This document shows, piece after piece, positions 1 to 9,945 of a stretch of DNA of 20,214 bases. Each line of letters starts with the position of its first letter. Within the stretch, counting starts at the first letter, position 1. The translations under genes and the position numbers were made by a program. The notes below the pieces were generated by a model. The model made no database searches and had not been told where the DNA came from. It saw nothing but the letters and a program-made list of their open reading frames with translations. Source of the DNA: Candidatus Methylomirabilota bacterium (GTDB lineage Bacteria; Methylomirabilota; Methylomirabilia; Rokubacteriales; CSP1-6); NCBI GenBank assembly GCA_046726415.1, contig JBKPAK010000246.1, positions 1-20,214 of the forward strand, written 5' to 3'.

Positions 1-17
1 TCATCGGCTTCTCCCTC

Positions 18-96
18 CACTCAGCATTGGCTCCACTCGCGCTTCACTCAGCATTGGCCCCACTGGCGCTTCACTCAGCATTGGCTCCACTCGCGC
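18..96. repeat. 27-bp tandem repeat, about 2.9 copies (CACTCAGCATTGGCYCCACTSGCGCTT)
   Basis: Units at 18-44, 45-71 and 72-96 (partial); unit 2 differs at two positions. Confidence 0.95.
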
Positions 97-122
97 AGAT
101 CCGATCCCCACCCCCTGCTCCG

Positions 123-184
123 CCGGAACGAGCGCACACCCTTGCCGATCGACCGGAACGAGCGCACACCTCGCCGAATCGACC
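123..184. repeat. 30-bp tandem repeat, 2 copies with an identical 18-bp core CCGGAACGAGCGCACACC
   Basis: Core at 123-140 and 153-170, each followed by a similar GCCGA(A)TCGA tail. Confidence 0.9.
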
Positions 185-628
185 ACGACATCAGGCGGCT
201 GGGCGCGAGCCGAACTGTACGACACCAGAGTGGAACGGTGCTGCCGCCGGCGCGTGGCGTTCCATGGCCCGTCCAGTGTGCCTTACCTGACGTGGTACCT
301 GGGTCGAAGACCACGGCCACACCGCCCACACCATCGTCGTCCCGCATTGCGGCATCACAGATGCGTGGCGGCCCTCGGCCCGGGCCGGCCGTCATTGCTG
401 CGCTGCCTGAGCCGCGATTAGCGCGCAAGAGCACCAGCAGCCCCCCGGTGGAGCAACGACCTCCGGATGCTCGACTGCCGCTTCGCAGCTCCGCTCAGGG
501 GCGGTGTGGCTCCGGCCGGAATGCTTGCCGGAAGGGCCGGCTCGTTCGCCTTCGTCGAGCGGCAACGGCCTCGCCCGCCGCGCAGCTCGTCGGCCTGACA
601 GTCCTCCCGTGCTGTGCTGCCCGGCCGG

Positions 629-2005
629 TCAGAGCTGGCCGGAGTCTCCCCAGGAGTCGAGGAGGGCGCAATAGCTCGGATCGCCGTAGCGATCCAGCCG
701 GAAGGCCGGTGCATAGGGAGGGAGCGAACCGCCGATGATGTAGTCGGCGAGCAGATCAGCGGCGCCGTTCGCAGCCATCAGACCGTAGCCCGAGAGGGCG
801 CCCAGGACGTAGGCGCCCTCGATCGGCAATGGCCCGGCGACGAAACGGTTCTCACGCGTCTTAGTGTAGTAGCCGCCATCGACGACACACCGGGGCAAGC
901 GGGCAAAGTACGCCCGGAGGGCCGGAAGCATTCGCGACATCCCGCGGAGCACGATCTCCGGATACTGCGGATCGAACGCGAGGGGGAACGTCGGCGACAC
1001 GGGCGTGAGGTCGTAGTTCCAGAGAAGCAGCGCGATCGGGCTATCGCCGGAGCCTTCCGGACGGCCGTGGACACCCCCGGGACACTCGTCCAGAAGATGC
1101 CGGTGCTTCGCCGACGCGACCAGCTCGCGTCGCTCGTCCTCCGACCACGGAAGGCGCACCGGGTCGGTCCAGATCAGCAGGGGTGCGTGGCGAGGCACGG
1201 CGCCCAGGCTATCGTTGAAGGCGATCTTGGCGTGGCGCTCGCAGAAGACCGGCAGCTCGAGGCCAAGCAAGTGTCCGATCTGCGAAAGGAACGGGCCGGC
1301 GGCGTTCACGAAGCGGGCCGTGGCGATCTTCACCTGGCCGCCCCTCGCGCTCACGGTCACCGCGCGCACGCGACCGCCTCTCGTGTCGATCTGTTCTACC
1401 CGTCCCTCGATCAGGCGGACGCCCGTCTCGCGCGCACGGTCGAGAAGGTACATGCCGAGTTGCTGGCCGCTGAACCAGCCGCACCGGCGGGGATGCAGGG
1501 CGGCCAGCGTGTCGTCGGCGAGATATGGAAAGTGTCGCCGGATCAGCGCTGGCTCCATGATAAGGTCGGCACCGATCGGTTGGCCTTCGAAGCCCTCGGG
1601 AGGCGCGGGCTGGTAGTCGCTGGACCGGCTCGCATGCACGCGCGTGGGGCCAGCGCCCAGCTCGGTCGCCTCGGAGGCCGCGCGAACGAACTGGGATGCC
1701 CGATCCGGATCCGCGGTGGCGAAGAGGTAGCCGCGGCGATTGAGCCGGAATGCGTTCCCGCTTTCGCGAGCGAGCTCCTCCAGGAGGTCGATGCTGCGGT
1801 TCATCACCGCCACCATCGCGTCGCCCGGCCCCGGCCACCAGTTCCGGTAGCCTTCCGTGGATTTGTCGCTGGTGAGGGAGAGCGGCGGGCGCTCGTCCAC
1901 CAGGACGACGTCGGTCAGTCCTCGCCGCACCGCGAGGTGGTAGGCGGCGGCGATGCCGGCGATACCGGCACCGCAGATGACGACTGCCGCTCCGTGACCA
2001 GGCAT
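629..2005 (-). CDS. FAD-dependent oxidoreductase, DAO/glycine oxidase/sarcosine oxidase beta-like family (about 458 aa)
   Basis: ATG at 2005 gives MPGHGAAVVICGAGIAG (Rossmann GxGxxG), VVLVDE, VNAAGP and a C-terminal LSGYGLMAA motif. Confidence 0.85.
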   Translation of the reverse strand: MPGHGAAVVICGAGIAGIAAAYHLAVRRGLTDVVLVDERPPLSLTSDKSTEGYRNWWPGPGDAMVAVMNRSIDLLEELARESGNAFRLNRRGYLFATADPDRASQFVRAASEATELGAGPTRVHASRSSDYQPAPPEGFEGQPIGADLIMEPALIRRHFPYLADDTLAALHPRRCGWFSGQQLGMYLLDRARETGVRLIEGRVEQIDTRGGRVRAVTVSARGGQVKIATARFVNAAGPFLSQIGHLLGLELPVFCERHAKIAFNDSLGAVPRHAPLLIWTDPVRLPWSEDERRELVASAKHRHLLDECPGGVHGRPEGSGDSPIALLLWNYDLTPVSPTFPLAFDPQYPEIVLRGMSRMLPALRAYFARLPRCVVDGGYYTKTRENRFVAGPLPIEGAYVLGALSGYGLMAANGAADLLADYIIGGSLPPYAPAFRLDRYGDPSYCALLDSWGDSGQL

Positions 2006-2025
2006 GACTCGACGTGGAAAGCGCC

Positions 2026-2034
2026 ATCCTACCA
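2026..2034 (-). promoter_or_regulatory. Putative extended -10 element (TGgTAGGAT) for the FAD oxidoreductase gene
   Basis: Minus strand TGGTAGGAT ends 20 nt upstream of ATG 2005, in the ureD-oxidoreductase gap. Confidence 0.4.
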
Positions 2035-2967
2035 CCCGGCCTTGGCCCGAGCTCCGCCCCTCCCGCCGCGCCACCCGACTGACTTTCCGTCGAGCTCGTC
2101 TGCCAATGTTCTGTACAGCACGCGGCTAGAACTTTCGCCGGGCGAGGGACGCGAGGCCGAGAACCATGGCGCGGGCCAACGTGGCCAGCTCGTCGAGCGC
2201 ACCGAGCAGCCCGGGAGCACTCGCTGCCAGCACGCGCGCCACAAGGCCGCCCCGCGGTCCGGGCGCTGCCCCTCCGGTCACACTGCGCTCGGCCAGCGCC
2301 GAGGTCATCGCGCGGGCGAGCGCGGCAAGATCGCCCGGCCCATTCACGAAGACCGAGCCGAAGTAGGCGTGACCGTCGCCGCATCCCAGGGATGCCCAGG
2401 GGCCGCCGGCGCTGAGCGCGAACCGATCGTGGAGGATCCAGCGCCGCCCCTCCCGCACGGTCACCGCGCTCTCCAGCCGCGCAAATCCCCACGCCTCACC
2501 CCGAGCCACGCGCCCGGCGGCAAAGCCGTCGACGAGAATGAGGCGAGCTCTGGGCGCGAGGTCGACGTCGATCCGCTGCCGGAAGGCGGCGCCCGCAGAG
2601 GGAATGGTGTGATCCGGCATCCACTCGAGAGCGCCGCCGGCGCCGATCTGGATGCGCACGGACTGCTCGGCCATGGGGCCACTCGTCCGGTGGACCCGCG
2701 TGGCCGACGGCGTCGTCACGTAGGCATGAGCCCCGGGCCCCACGATCACCTCGATCGACAGGTGGTCGCCACCCAGCAATCCGCCCGTGGGGTTGAGTAC
2801 GGAGACCACGGCGGCGTGATCGCCGAGGCGAAGGGGCGCCATGACTTGAAGGGGCACGGTGGAGGCGCGATGGGCAACGATGGTCGTGGCCCCGCGCCGC
2901 TCGAAGCGCAGGCACAGGCGCCCATCGCGCCCCACGCGGAGCGCCGGCGGCCCCGGAGCCGCCGCGC

Positions 2968-3575
<608 letters not shown>

Positions 3576-3579
<4 letters not shown>

Positions 3580-4265
3580 GAGCGGAAGAGCCTCGCATCG
3601 AGATCGGCATGGCGCAGCCCGGCGATCTCCAGCCCCGGCGTGAAGCTCCAGAGAGCATCGATCTCGGCTGCGGCCGCCTCCTGGGCGAGACGAGCCATGC
3701 GCGGGCGGGCCCGTGCGAGCACGCACTGCGCCTCGACCTGGCCGAGCGGCAACAGGCGCAAGGCGGCGTTCACGAGGAGCACGGCGGTCGAATGAAGATA
3801 GGCGGCGGCGGCGACGGCGGGCTCCACGCCGCGGCAACCGAGAGCCATGCCGAACACGGTGGCATGATGGCCGGCGGCGTGCTCCTCGGCCACGGCGCGG
3901 GCGAAGGCGGTCAGGAGCGGAGCATCGCCGCTGGCCGCGGCGACGCGCAGCGTCTGCCTCCCCATCTGCACGCTCGCCGCCCGGAACTCCGGCACCCATC
4001 GCGTGGCGTCGAGTCGGCCGTCGAGATCGAGGCATGCCTCGAGGTCTCCCCCGGCGGCCCAGCGCGACGCGCACGCCACCACGACCGCGTCGGTGGGTCC
4101 GGCACTTCCCTCAAGCTGCGCCGCGAGGAGCGCTTCGAGGCTGGCTCGATCTCGGACGTCGCCCGCATGCACATAGCTCTCGAGCCCGAACGAATGGGCG
4201 AATCCGCCCGTGGGGAAGAGCCCGTCGGAGAGCTGGAAGACGGCCAGGAGCTGCTCAGGGGTCAT
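3576..4265 (-). CDS. ureF: Urease accessory protein UreF
   Basis: [20 protein letters not shown]-terminus, SVQMG, and C-terminal RLFRS. Confidence 0.96.
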
Positions 4266-4740
4266 GGCGATGGCCGGCCCCGACGGGAACGAAGACCGCC
4301 CGCGTGCGAAGCCAAGAAACGCCGAGGCGAGTGAGCAGTTGCTCCATCGCCGTATCGTCGGGCACCAAGAGACGCCGGCCGTCCAGGGCCAGGGTGAAGT
4401 GCCGGTTGCCGACCTCGAAGGCCACGCGGATCGCTTCCTGCGGCGAGCGCGGCGTCACCGCAATCACCGGCTCCTCGGCCGCCTCGACGACGACGTACCA
4501 GTCGGGCCCGAGGTACAGCACCGCTCCGGGCTCCAGCGTGCTGCCCGTCGGCAACGCGAGCGCCAGCTCGCGCCCCCTCACCGTCCGCACCCGCCGGCGC
4601 CCCCAACGGCGGTCCTCGGCCGTCAGCACGAGACGATCGCATTCGCGCCGGGCCAGCTCCTCCGCGCTCACCTCCACGTGCGGCTCCGCGACGATCGGAA
4701 TCACCGCCGCCGCGCCCCGCCACGCGAACGACCCACGCAT
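4255..4740 (-). CDS. ureE: Urease nickel chaperone UreE
   Basis: GRELALAL, AFEVGNRH metal-binding motif, C-terminal GHRH; start is ATG 4740 or GTG 4704. Confidence 0.9.
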   Translation of the reverse strand: MRGSFAWRGAAAVIPIVAEPHVEVSAEELARRECDRLVLTAEDRRWGRRRVRTVRGRELALALPTGSTLEPGAVLYLGPDWYVVVEAAEEPVIAVTPRSPQEAIRVAFEVGNRHFTLALDGRRLLVPDDTAMEQLLTRLGVSWLRTRAVFVPVGAGHRHDP

Positions 4741-4765
4741 CTCCCGCTCGATTCGGGGATCGCCA

Positions 4766-6484
4766 TCAAAACAAGAAATAGCGCTGGGCCATCGGCAGCA
4801 CCCGCGCAGGCTCGCAGGTCAGGAGCTCGCCATCCGCCCGGACTTCGTAGGTCTCTGCGTCGACCTCCAGGCGGGGCAACGCATCGTTGTGGATCATGTC
4901 GCGCTTGCCGAGGCCGCGACAGCGCTGCACGGCCCGAGCCGTGCGCGCGAGCCCCAGGCGGCGCGGCACGTCGGACGCCAACGCGGCGGCGGAGAGGAAC
5001 GTCACCGACGTCGACGCGATGGCCCGACCGAAGGCGCCGAACATCGGCCGCAGGAGAACCGGCTGAGGGGTGGGGATGGACGCGTTGGCGTCCCCCATAG
5101 CCGCCCAGGCGATGGCTCCTCCCTTCACCACCAGCTCCGGCTTGACCCCGAAGAAGGCCGGCTTCCACACGACGAGGTCGGCGAGCTTCCCCGGCTCGAC
5201 CGACCCCACGTGATCAGCGATGCCGTGGGCGATGGCCGGATTGATAGTGTACTTGGCCACGTAGCGCTTCACACGCCGGTTGTCGTCGCCTGCATTCTCG
5301 CCGGGCAGGGCGCCGCGCTGTCGCTTCATCTTGTCGGCGGTCTGCCAGGTGCGGATGATCACCTCGCCCATCCGTCCCATGGCCTGCGAGTCCGAGGACA
5401 TCATGCTGATGGCGCCGAGGTCGTGCAGGACGTCCTCGGCGGCAATGGTCTCCGCGCGAATGCGCGACTCCGCGAAGGCGAGATCCTCGGGGATCTGTGG
5501 GTCGAGGTGGTGACACACCATGAGCATGTCGAGGTGCTCGTCCATGGTGTTCACCGTGAAGGGCATCGTGGGATTCGTGGACGACGGCAGGCAATTGGGC
5601 TCGCCACACACGCGGATGATGTCAGGGGCGTGTCCGCCGCCGGCACCCTCCGTGTGATACGTGTGGATGGTCCGTCCGCCGATGGCGCGAATCGAGTCCT
5701 CCACGAAGCCCGCCTCGTTCAAGGTGTCCGTGTGGAGGGCCACCTGGACGTCGTATTCGTCGGCCACGCGCAGGGCACAATCGATGGCCGCCGGCGTCGT
5801 CCCCCAGTCCTCGTGCAGCTTGAGTCCGATGGCCCCGGCCGCGATCTGCTCGCGCAGCGGATCGAGGCTCGAGCCATTGCCCTTGCCGAGGAAGCCGAGG
5901 TTGACCGGGAAGGCCTCGGCCGCCTCGAGCATCCGATGGATGTGCCATTCTCCCGGGGTGCAGGTGGTGGCCGCGGTGCCGGTGGCCGGTCCCGTGCCGC
6001 CGCCGATCATCGTGGTGAGCCCCGCGGAGATGGCCTCGTTCACGAGTTGCGGACAGATCAAGTGGACGTGGCTGTCGATGCCACCGGCCGTGACGATTCG
6101 CCCCTCGCCCGCGATGGCTTCGGTCCCCGCGCCGATGACCATTCCCGGTGTGACACCGTCCATCAGATCGGGGTTGCCGGCCTTTCCGATACCGGCGATC
6201 TTCCCGTCTCTGATGCCGATGTCGGCCTTGGCGATCCCCCAGTGGTCCACGATGACGGCATTGGTGATGACGGTGTCGAGGGCTCCTTCGGCCCGCGTGG
6301 CGCGCGTGGACTGCCCCATGCCGTCGCGGATGACCTTGCCCCCGCCGAACTTGACCTCGTCCCCGGGGACAGTGAGATCGCGCTCGATGCGAATCAGCAG
6401 CTCGGTGTCAGCCAGCCGGACCCGGTCGCCCGTGGTCGGCCCGTAGAGATCGGCGTGCTGATGGCGGCCGAGGCGCAGGCTCAC
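4766..6484 (-). CDS. ureC: Urease alpha subunit (572 aa)
   Basis: [65 protein letters not shown] start overlaps the ureB stop. Confidence 0.99.
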   Translation of the reverse strand: MSLRLGRHQHADLYGPTTGDRVRLADTELLIRIERDLTVPGDEVKFGGGKVIRDGMGQSTRATRAEGALDTVITNAVIVDHWGIAKADIGIRDGKIAGIGKAGNPDLMDGVTPGMVIGAGTEAIAGEGRIVTAGGIDSHVHLICPQLVNEAISAGLTTMIGGGTGPATGTAATTCTPGEWHIHRMLEAAEAFPVNLGFLGKGNGSSLDPLREQIAAGAIGLKLHEDWGTTPAAIDCALRVADEYDVQVALHTDTLNEAGFVEDSIRAIGGRTIHTYHTEGAGGGHAPDIIRVCGEPNCLPSSTNPTMPFTVNTMDEHLDMLMVCHHLDPQIPEDLAFAESRIRAETIAAEDVLHDLGAISMMSSDSQAMGRMGEVIIRTWQTADKMKRQRGALPGENAGDDNRRVKRYVAKYTINPAIAHGIADHVGSVEPGKLADLVVWKPAFFGVKPELVVKGGAIAWAAMGDANASIPTPQPVLLRPMFGAFGRAIASTSVTFLSAAALASDVPRRLGLARTARAVQRCRGLGKRDMIHNDALPRLEVDAETYEVRADGELLTCEPARVLPMAQRYFLF

Positions 6485-6831
6485 CGACGGCCTACCCACT
6501 CGGCCAGCCGGCGCAGCGCCGTCTCGCGGTCGGCTCCTTCGGTGAGGGCGTTGAGACCGAAGACCCGGCGCGCGCCGCCGAATTCCACCAGGGTGACGTG
6601 CTTGGCGTCGCCTGGTTCGAAGCGCACCGCGGTGCCCGAGGGAATGTTCAGCCGCATGCCGAACGCGCGGGCGCGATCGAAGCGCAGTGCCCGGTTGGCC
6701 TCGAAGAAGTGGAAGTGCGATCCCACCTGGATGGGGCGATCGCCGGTGTTGGCAACCTCCAGATCGACAGTGCGCCGTCCGGCGTTGGCCACGATGTCGC
6801 CGTCGCCGAGCAGGTACTCGCCGGGGATCAC
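6481..6831 (-). CDS. ureB: Urease beta subunit (116 aa)
   Basis: GTG at 6831 gives [38 protein letters not shown]. Confidence 0.97.
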   Translation of the reverse strand: MIPGEYLLGDGDIVANAGRRTVDLEVANTGDRPIQVGSHFHFFEANRALRFDRARAFGMRLNIPSGTAVRFEPGDAKHVTLVEFGGARRVFGLNALTEGADRETALRRLAEWVGRR

Positions 6832-6998
6832 GTCACGTCGACGTCGGGGAGAGCGTCGCTCGCTTCCCCCCGACATCCCCCACCGCTATGGTGGCGACGG
6901 CGGGGCAGTGTGCACTCGTCCCGCCTCATCGACTCCTCCTTAGCGATCTCGATACCGACGCTCGTTCCGTCTCGCAGCACGTTCATGTGGCTTGCCAT
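6828..6998 (-). CDS. Small ORF (56 aa, or 33 aa from internal ATG 6929) between ureA and ureB; not in the ORF track
   Basis: Reads [61 protein letters not shown] overlap with ureA, GTGA overlap with ureB; AAGGAGGAG lies just before the internal ATG. Confidence 0.45.
   Translation of the reverse strand: MASHMNVLRDGTSVGIEIAKEESMRRDECTLPRRRHHSGGGCRGEASDALPDVDVT
6843..6905 (-). repeat. Two adjacent GC-rich hairpins (REP-like) just upstream of ureB
   Basis: GTCGGGGGGAAGCG-AGCGA-CGCTCTCCCCGAC (6843-6874) and CCCCGCCG...CGGTGGGG (6878-6905). Confidence 0.6.
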
Positions 6999-7300
6999 CA
7001 GCGGATGGGCTGGTGGATGGTGACGAGCTTCGTTCCGTCGGGGAACGTTCCCTCCACCTGGATCTCGTCGATCATCTCCGGTACTCCCTCCATGACATCC
7101 CCGCGCGTGAGGATGTGCTGGCCGGACTCCATGAGCTGCGCGACGGTGCGCCCGTCGCGGATCCCCTCCAGGAGCTCCGCGGTGATGAGCGCCATCGCTT
7201 CCGGATGGTTCAACTTGAGGCCCCGGGCGCGGCGCCGGCGAGCCAGCTCGGCGGCCGTGAAGATCAGGAGCTTTTCCTGCTCGCGTGGGGTCAGGTGCAT
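6998..7300 (-). CDS. ureA: Urease gamma subunit (100 aa)
   Basis: [35 protein letters not shown]. Confidence 0.99.
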   Translation of the reverse strand: MHLTPREQEKLLIFTAAELARRRRARGLKLNHPEAMALITAELLEGIRDGRTVAQLMESGQHILTRGDVMEGVPEMIDEIQVEGTFPDGTKLVTIHQPIR

Positions 7301-7308
7301 CGCGTCAG

Positions 7309-7314
7309 ATTCTA
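7309..7314 (-). promoter_or_regulatory. Putative -10 element TAGAAT giving a (near-)leaderless ureA transcript
   Basis: TAGAAT lies 8 nt upstream of the ureA ATG with no Shine-Dalgarno, flanked by CTGACG direct repeats. Confidence 0.5.
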
Positions 7315-7346
7315 CGTCAGGGTGAGCGAGCGGGGCACATGGAGCG

Positions 7347-8030
7347 TCAGACGCTCAGGAGGGCGGTGACCTCGTCGAGGCGCAGGCCTACGCGATCGCT
7401 CTCGAGGGCGACGCCGCCCTTGTCCATCACGTAGAACCGATCGCCAATCGACCAGGCGAACTCGAGGTACTGCTCGACGAGCAGGATGGACCGCCGCCCC
7501 TCGCGCTTGATGCGCTCGAGGACATCGGCGATCTGCTCCACGATGGACGGCTGGATCCCCTCGGTGGGCTCGTCGAGAAGGAGCAATGCGGGATCCGCGA
7601 TCAGGACGCGCGCGAGGGCGAGCTGCTGCTGTTGGCCTCCCGACAGGTCGCCGCCCCGCCTGGCCAGCAGCGCCGCCAGCGCGGGGAACAGCGAGAGCAC
7701 GTAGTCGAGCGCTCCGGGCGGCGGCTCGCTGCGGCGCGCGCCGACCAGGAGATTCTCGCGCACGCTCAGCATCGGGAAGATGTCTCGGCCCTGCGGGACG
7801 TAGCCGATGCCCAGGCGGGCCCGCGCGTAGGGCGGCAAGGCGGTGACGGGCTTGCCGCCGTACTCGATGGCGCCGCGGCGTGGGGGGAGCAGCCCCACAA
7901 TGGTCTTCAGCAAGGTGGTCTTGCCCACGCCATTCCGGCCCATCACGCACACCACCTCACCCGCACCCACGCGCATGTCCAAGTGGGCGAGCACGCGGCT
8001 GTCGCCGTAGTAGACGTCGAGGCCTTTCAC
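7347..8030 (-). CDS. urtE: Urea ABC transporter ATP-binding subunit UrtE
   Basis: [38 protein letters not shown]; start is GTG 8030 (GTGA overlap with urtD) or non-canonical ATC 8039. Confidence 0.93.
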   Translation of the reverse strand: MKGLDVYYGDSRVLAHLDMRVGAGEVVCVMGRNGVGKTTLLKTIVGLLPPRRGAIEYGGKPVTALPPYARARLGIGYVPQGRDIFPMLSVRENLLVGARRSEPPPGALDYVLSLFPALAALLARRGGDLSGGQQQQLALARVLIADPALLLLDEPTEGIQPSIVEQIADVLERIKREGRRSILLVEQYLEFAWSIGDRFYVMDKGGVALESDRVGLRLDEVTALLSV

Positions 8031-8812
8031 GGCGAGGATGTGAGCGACCTCCGCACCCGCCCGCGCCCGAGGTAGGCCTCGACCACGCGCTCGTCCGCTT
8101 GCACCTGATCCAGCGGCCCCTCCGACAAGACGGTGCCTTCGTGCAGCACCGTGACCCGATTCCCGCGACGCGCCACCTGGCGCACGAATTCCATGTCGTG
8201 CTCGATGAGCATCACCGTGCACGCCGAGCGCGCCGCAATGCTGTCGAGCAGCGCCGCGGTCTTCTCCTTCTCGGGCCGCGTCATTCCCGCCACGGGCTCA
8301 TCGAGGAGGAGCAGGGTCGGCGACTCGAGCAGCAGCATGGCGATCTCCAGCCATTGCTTCTGCCCGTGGGCGAGCGTGCCGGCCCGGCGGCTCGCCTCCT
8401 CCAGCAGGCCCACCTGCTCCAGCACCGCGGCGATGGCCTCGCGGTCTCCGCCCGAGGTCCCCGCGGCCAAGGTCGCCGTGAATCCCTTGCGGCCGGCGGC
8501 CAGGATCATGTTCTCCAGCACCGTGTGGCCGGGGAATACCGACGGTGTCTGGAACTTTCGACACACGCCGAGCGCGGCAATGGCGTGGGTGCTGAGGCCG
8601 AGGAGGCTCGTCCGCTCCCCGAACACGACGCGGCCAGTCACCGGGCGCACGCCGCCGGTGAGGACGTCGAAGAAGGTCGACTTTCCGGCCCCGTTCGGGC
8701 CGATGAGCAGCCGGATGCGCTCCTCGTTCTCCACGATCAGATTCAGCTTGTGCAGGGCGAGAAAGCCGTCGAACGAGACGGTGAGGTCGTCCACGTAGAG
8801 GAGAGAGCCCAT
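8027..8812 (-). CDS. urtD: Urea ABC transporter ATP-binding subunit UrtD
   Basis: VSFDGFLAL, GPNGAGKST, RKFQTPSVF, LAHGQKQWLEI, DEPVAGMT. Confidence 0.94.
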   Translation of the reverse strand: MGSLLYVDDLTVSFDGFLALHKLNLIVENEERIRLLIGPNGAGKSTFFDVLTGGVRPVTGRVVFGERTSLLGLSTHAIAALGVCRKFQTPSVFPGHTVLENMILAAGRKGFTATLAAGTSGGDREAIAAVLEQVGLLEEASRRAGTLAHGQKQWLEIAMLLLESPTLLLLDEPVAGMTRPEKEKTAALLDSIAARSACTVMLIEHDMEFVRQVARRGNRVTVLHEGTVLSEGPLDQVQADERVVEAYLGRGRVRRSLTSSP

Positions 8813-8817
8813 CAGGC

Positions 8818-9945
8818 TCAGGCGCTCGGTTCGCGAATGCCCGGCGCCTCAAGGTCGGGCGCGAACGGCCGGCGCGACGTCCTGAGGAAAGAGAACCGCC
8901 GCCCCAGGCCCATGAGGCCTTCGGGGAAGAGCATGACGACGACCACGAAGAGACTGCCGAGGATGATGGGCCATAAGGTCGGATAGGTCGCCGTCAAGAC
9001 GCTGCGCAGCCAGTTGATCGACACGGCCCCGAGGACGGCACCCCACAGGGTGCCGCGGCCGCCGAACGCCACCCAGATGACGACCTCGATCGAGGGCAAC
9101 ACGCCGATCTGGCTCGGGGTGATGATGCCGACTTGGGGCGCGTAGAGCACCCCGGCCACGCCGGCGAGCATGGCGGAGATGGCGAAGGCCAGGATCTTGA
9201 ATCGCGCGGTGTTGTAGCCGAGAAACTCCAGGCGTCGCTCGTTGTCGCGGATCGCCTCGAGCACGAGCCCGGTCTTCGAGCGCACCAGCCAGCGTCCGGC
9301 CACGAGGCCGACCAGCAACACCACCGCGGTCACCACGTAAAGGGCTCGCAAGGTGCCCGGCTCGCCGAGCGAGAAGCCGAGGATCGACTTGAAGTCGGTG
9401 AGCCCGTTGGTGCCGCCCAGGCGCATCTCGTTGCGATTGAGCATCAGCCACACCGCGAAGGCGATGGCCTGGGTGAGGATGGCGAAGTACGTCCCCCGCA
9501 GCCGGCGCCGGAAGGTGACCAGCCCGATGAGGGCACCGAGCACCGCGGGCAGCAGGACCGCCGACAGCAGCGCAAAGGCCAGGGAGCGGTACGGTCTCCA
9601 GAAGAACGGGAGTTGGTAGACCTGGTTCCAGACCATGAAATCCGGAATGGCCTCGCCGTACACGCCTTGGCCGGCGGAGGCCAGCAGCATGGACATGCCG
9701 ATGGAGTAGGCTCCGATCCCGAAGAAGATGGCCTGCCCGAGCGAGAGGACCCCCGCGTAGCCCCAGAGCAGATCAAGGCCAAGGGCGAGGATCGCGAGAG
9801 CCAAATACTTCCCGAACAGGTTGAGGTAGTAGTCAGACACCACGCCGGCGACGTTCAGCAGTGGGAGGGCCACCACGAAAACGCTGGCAAAGATCAACAG
9901 CGAGATCGGGCTGGGCCCGCGCCGCGCGGTCTCGCCGGTGATCAT
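8818..9945 (-). CDS. urtC: Urea ABC transporter permease UrtC (about 375 aa)
   Basis: WGYAGVLSLGQ, PDFMVWN, GGTNGLTDF, AIRDNE, GGRGTLWGA; start is coupled to the urtB stop. Confidence 0.93.
   Translation of the reverse strand: MITGETARRGPSPISLLIFASVFVVALPLLNVAGVVSDYYLNLFGKYLALAILALGLDLLWGYAGVLSLGQAIFFGIGAYSIGMSMLLASAGQGVYGEAIPDFMVWNQVYQLPFFWRPYRSLAFALLSAVLLPAVLGALIGLVTFRRRLRGTYFAILTQAIAFAVWLMLNRNEMRLGGTNGLTDFKSILGFSLGEPGTLRALYVVTAVVLLVGLVAGRWLVRSKTGLVLEAIRDNERRLEFLGYNTARFKILAFAISAMLAGVAGVLYAPQVGIITPSQIGVLPSIEVVIWVAFGGRGTLWGAVLGAVSINWLRSVLTATYPTLWPIILGSLFVVVVMLFPEGLMGLGRRFSFLRTSRRPFAPDLEAPGIREPSA

Noticed and set aside
3-130. IS91-family transposase fragment (GFSLH and RSPP words in the plus frame)
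   Set aside because: Only short word matches; the RY..RP catalytic region that should follow GFSLH is absent
18-184. CRISPR array
   Set aside because: Repeats are directly adjacent with no unique spacers, and no cas genes are present
291-628. Small ORFs or ncRNA between the repeats and the oxidoreductase stop
   Set aside because: No SD-start pair, protein motif or recognisable RNA family seen
2108-2121. Imperfect palindrome GTTCTGTACAGCAC as an operator
   Set aside because: Single short occurrence with no regulator gene nearby; could be chance
3713-6943. 1076-aa plus-strand ORF
   Set aside because: Antisense shadow of ureF/E/C/B; long stop-free antisense frames are expected in high-GC DNA and it has no recognisable motifs
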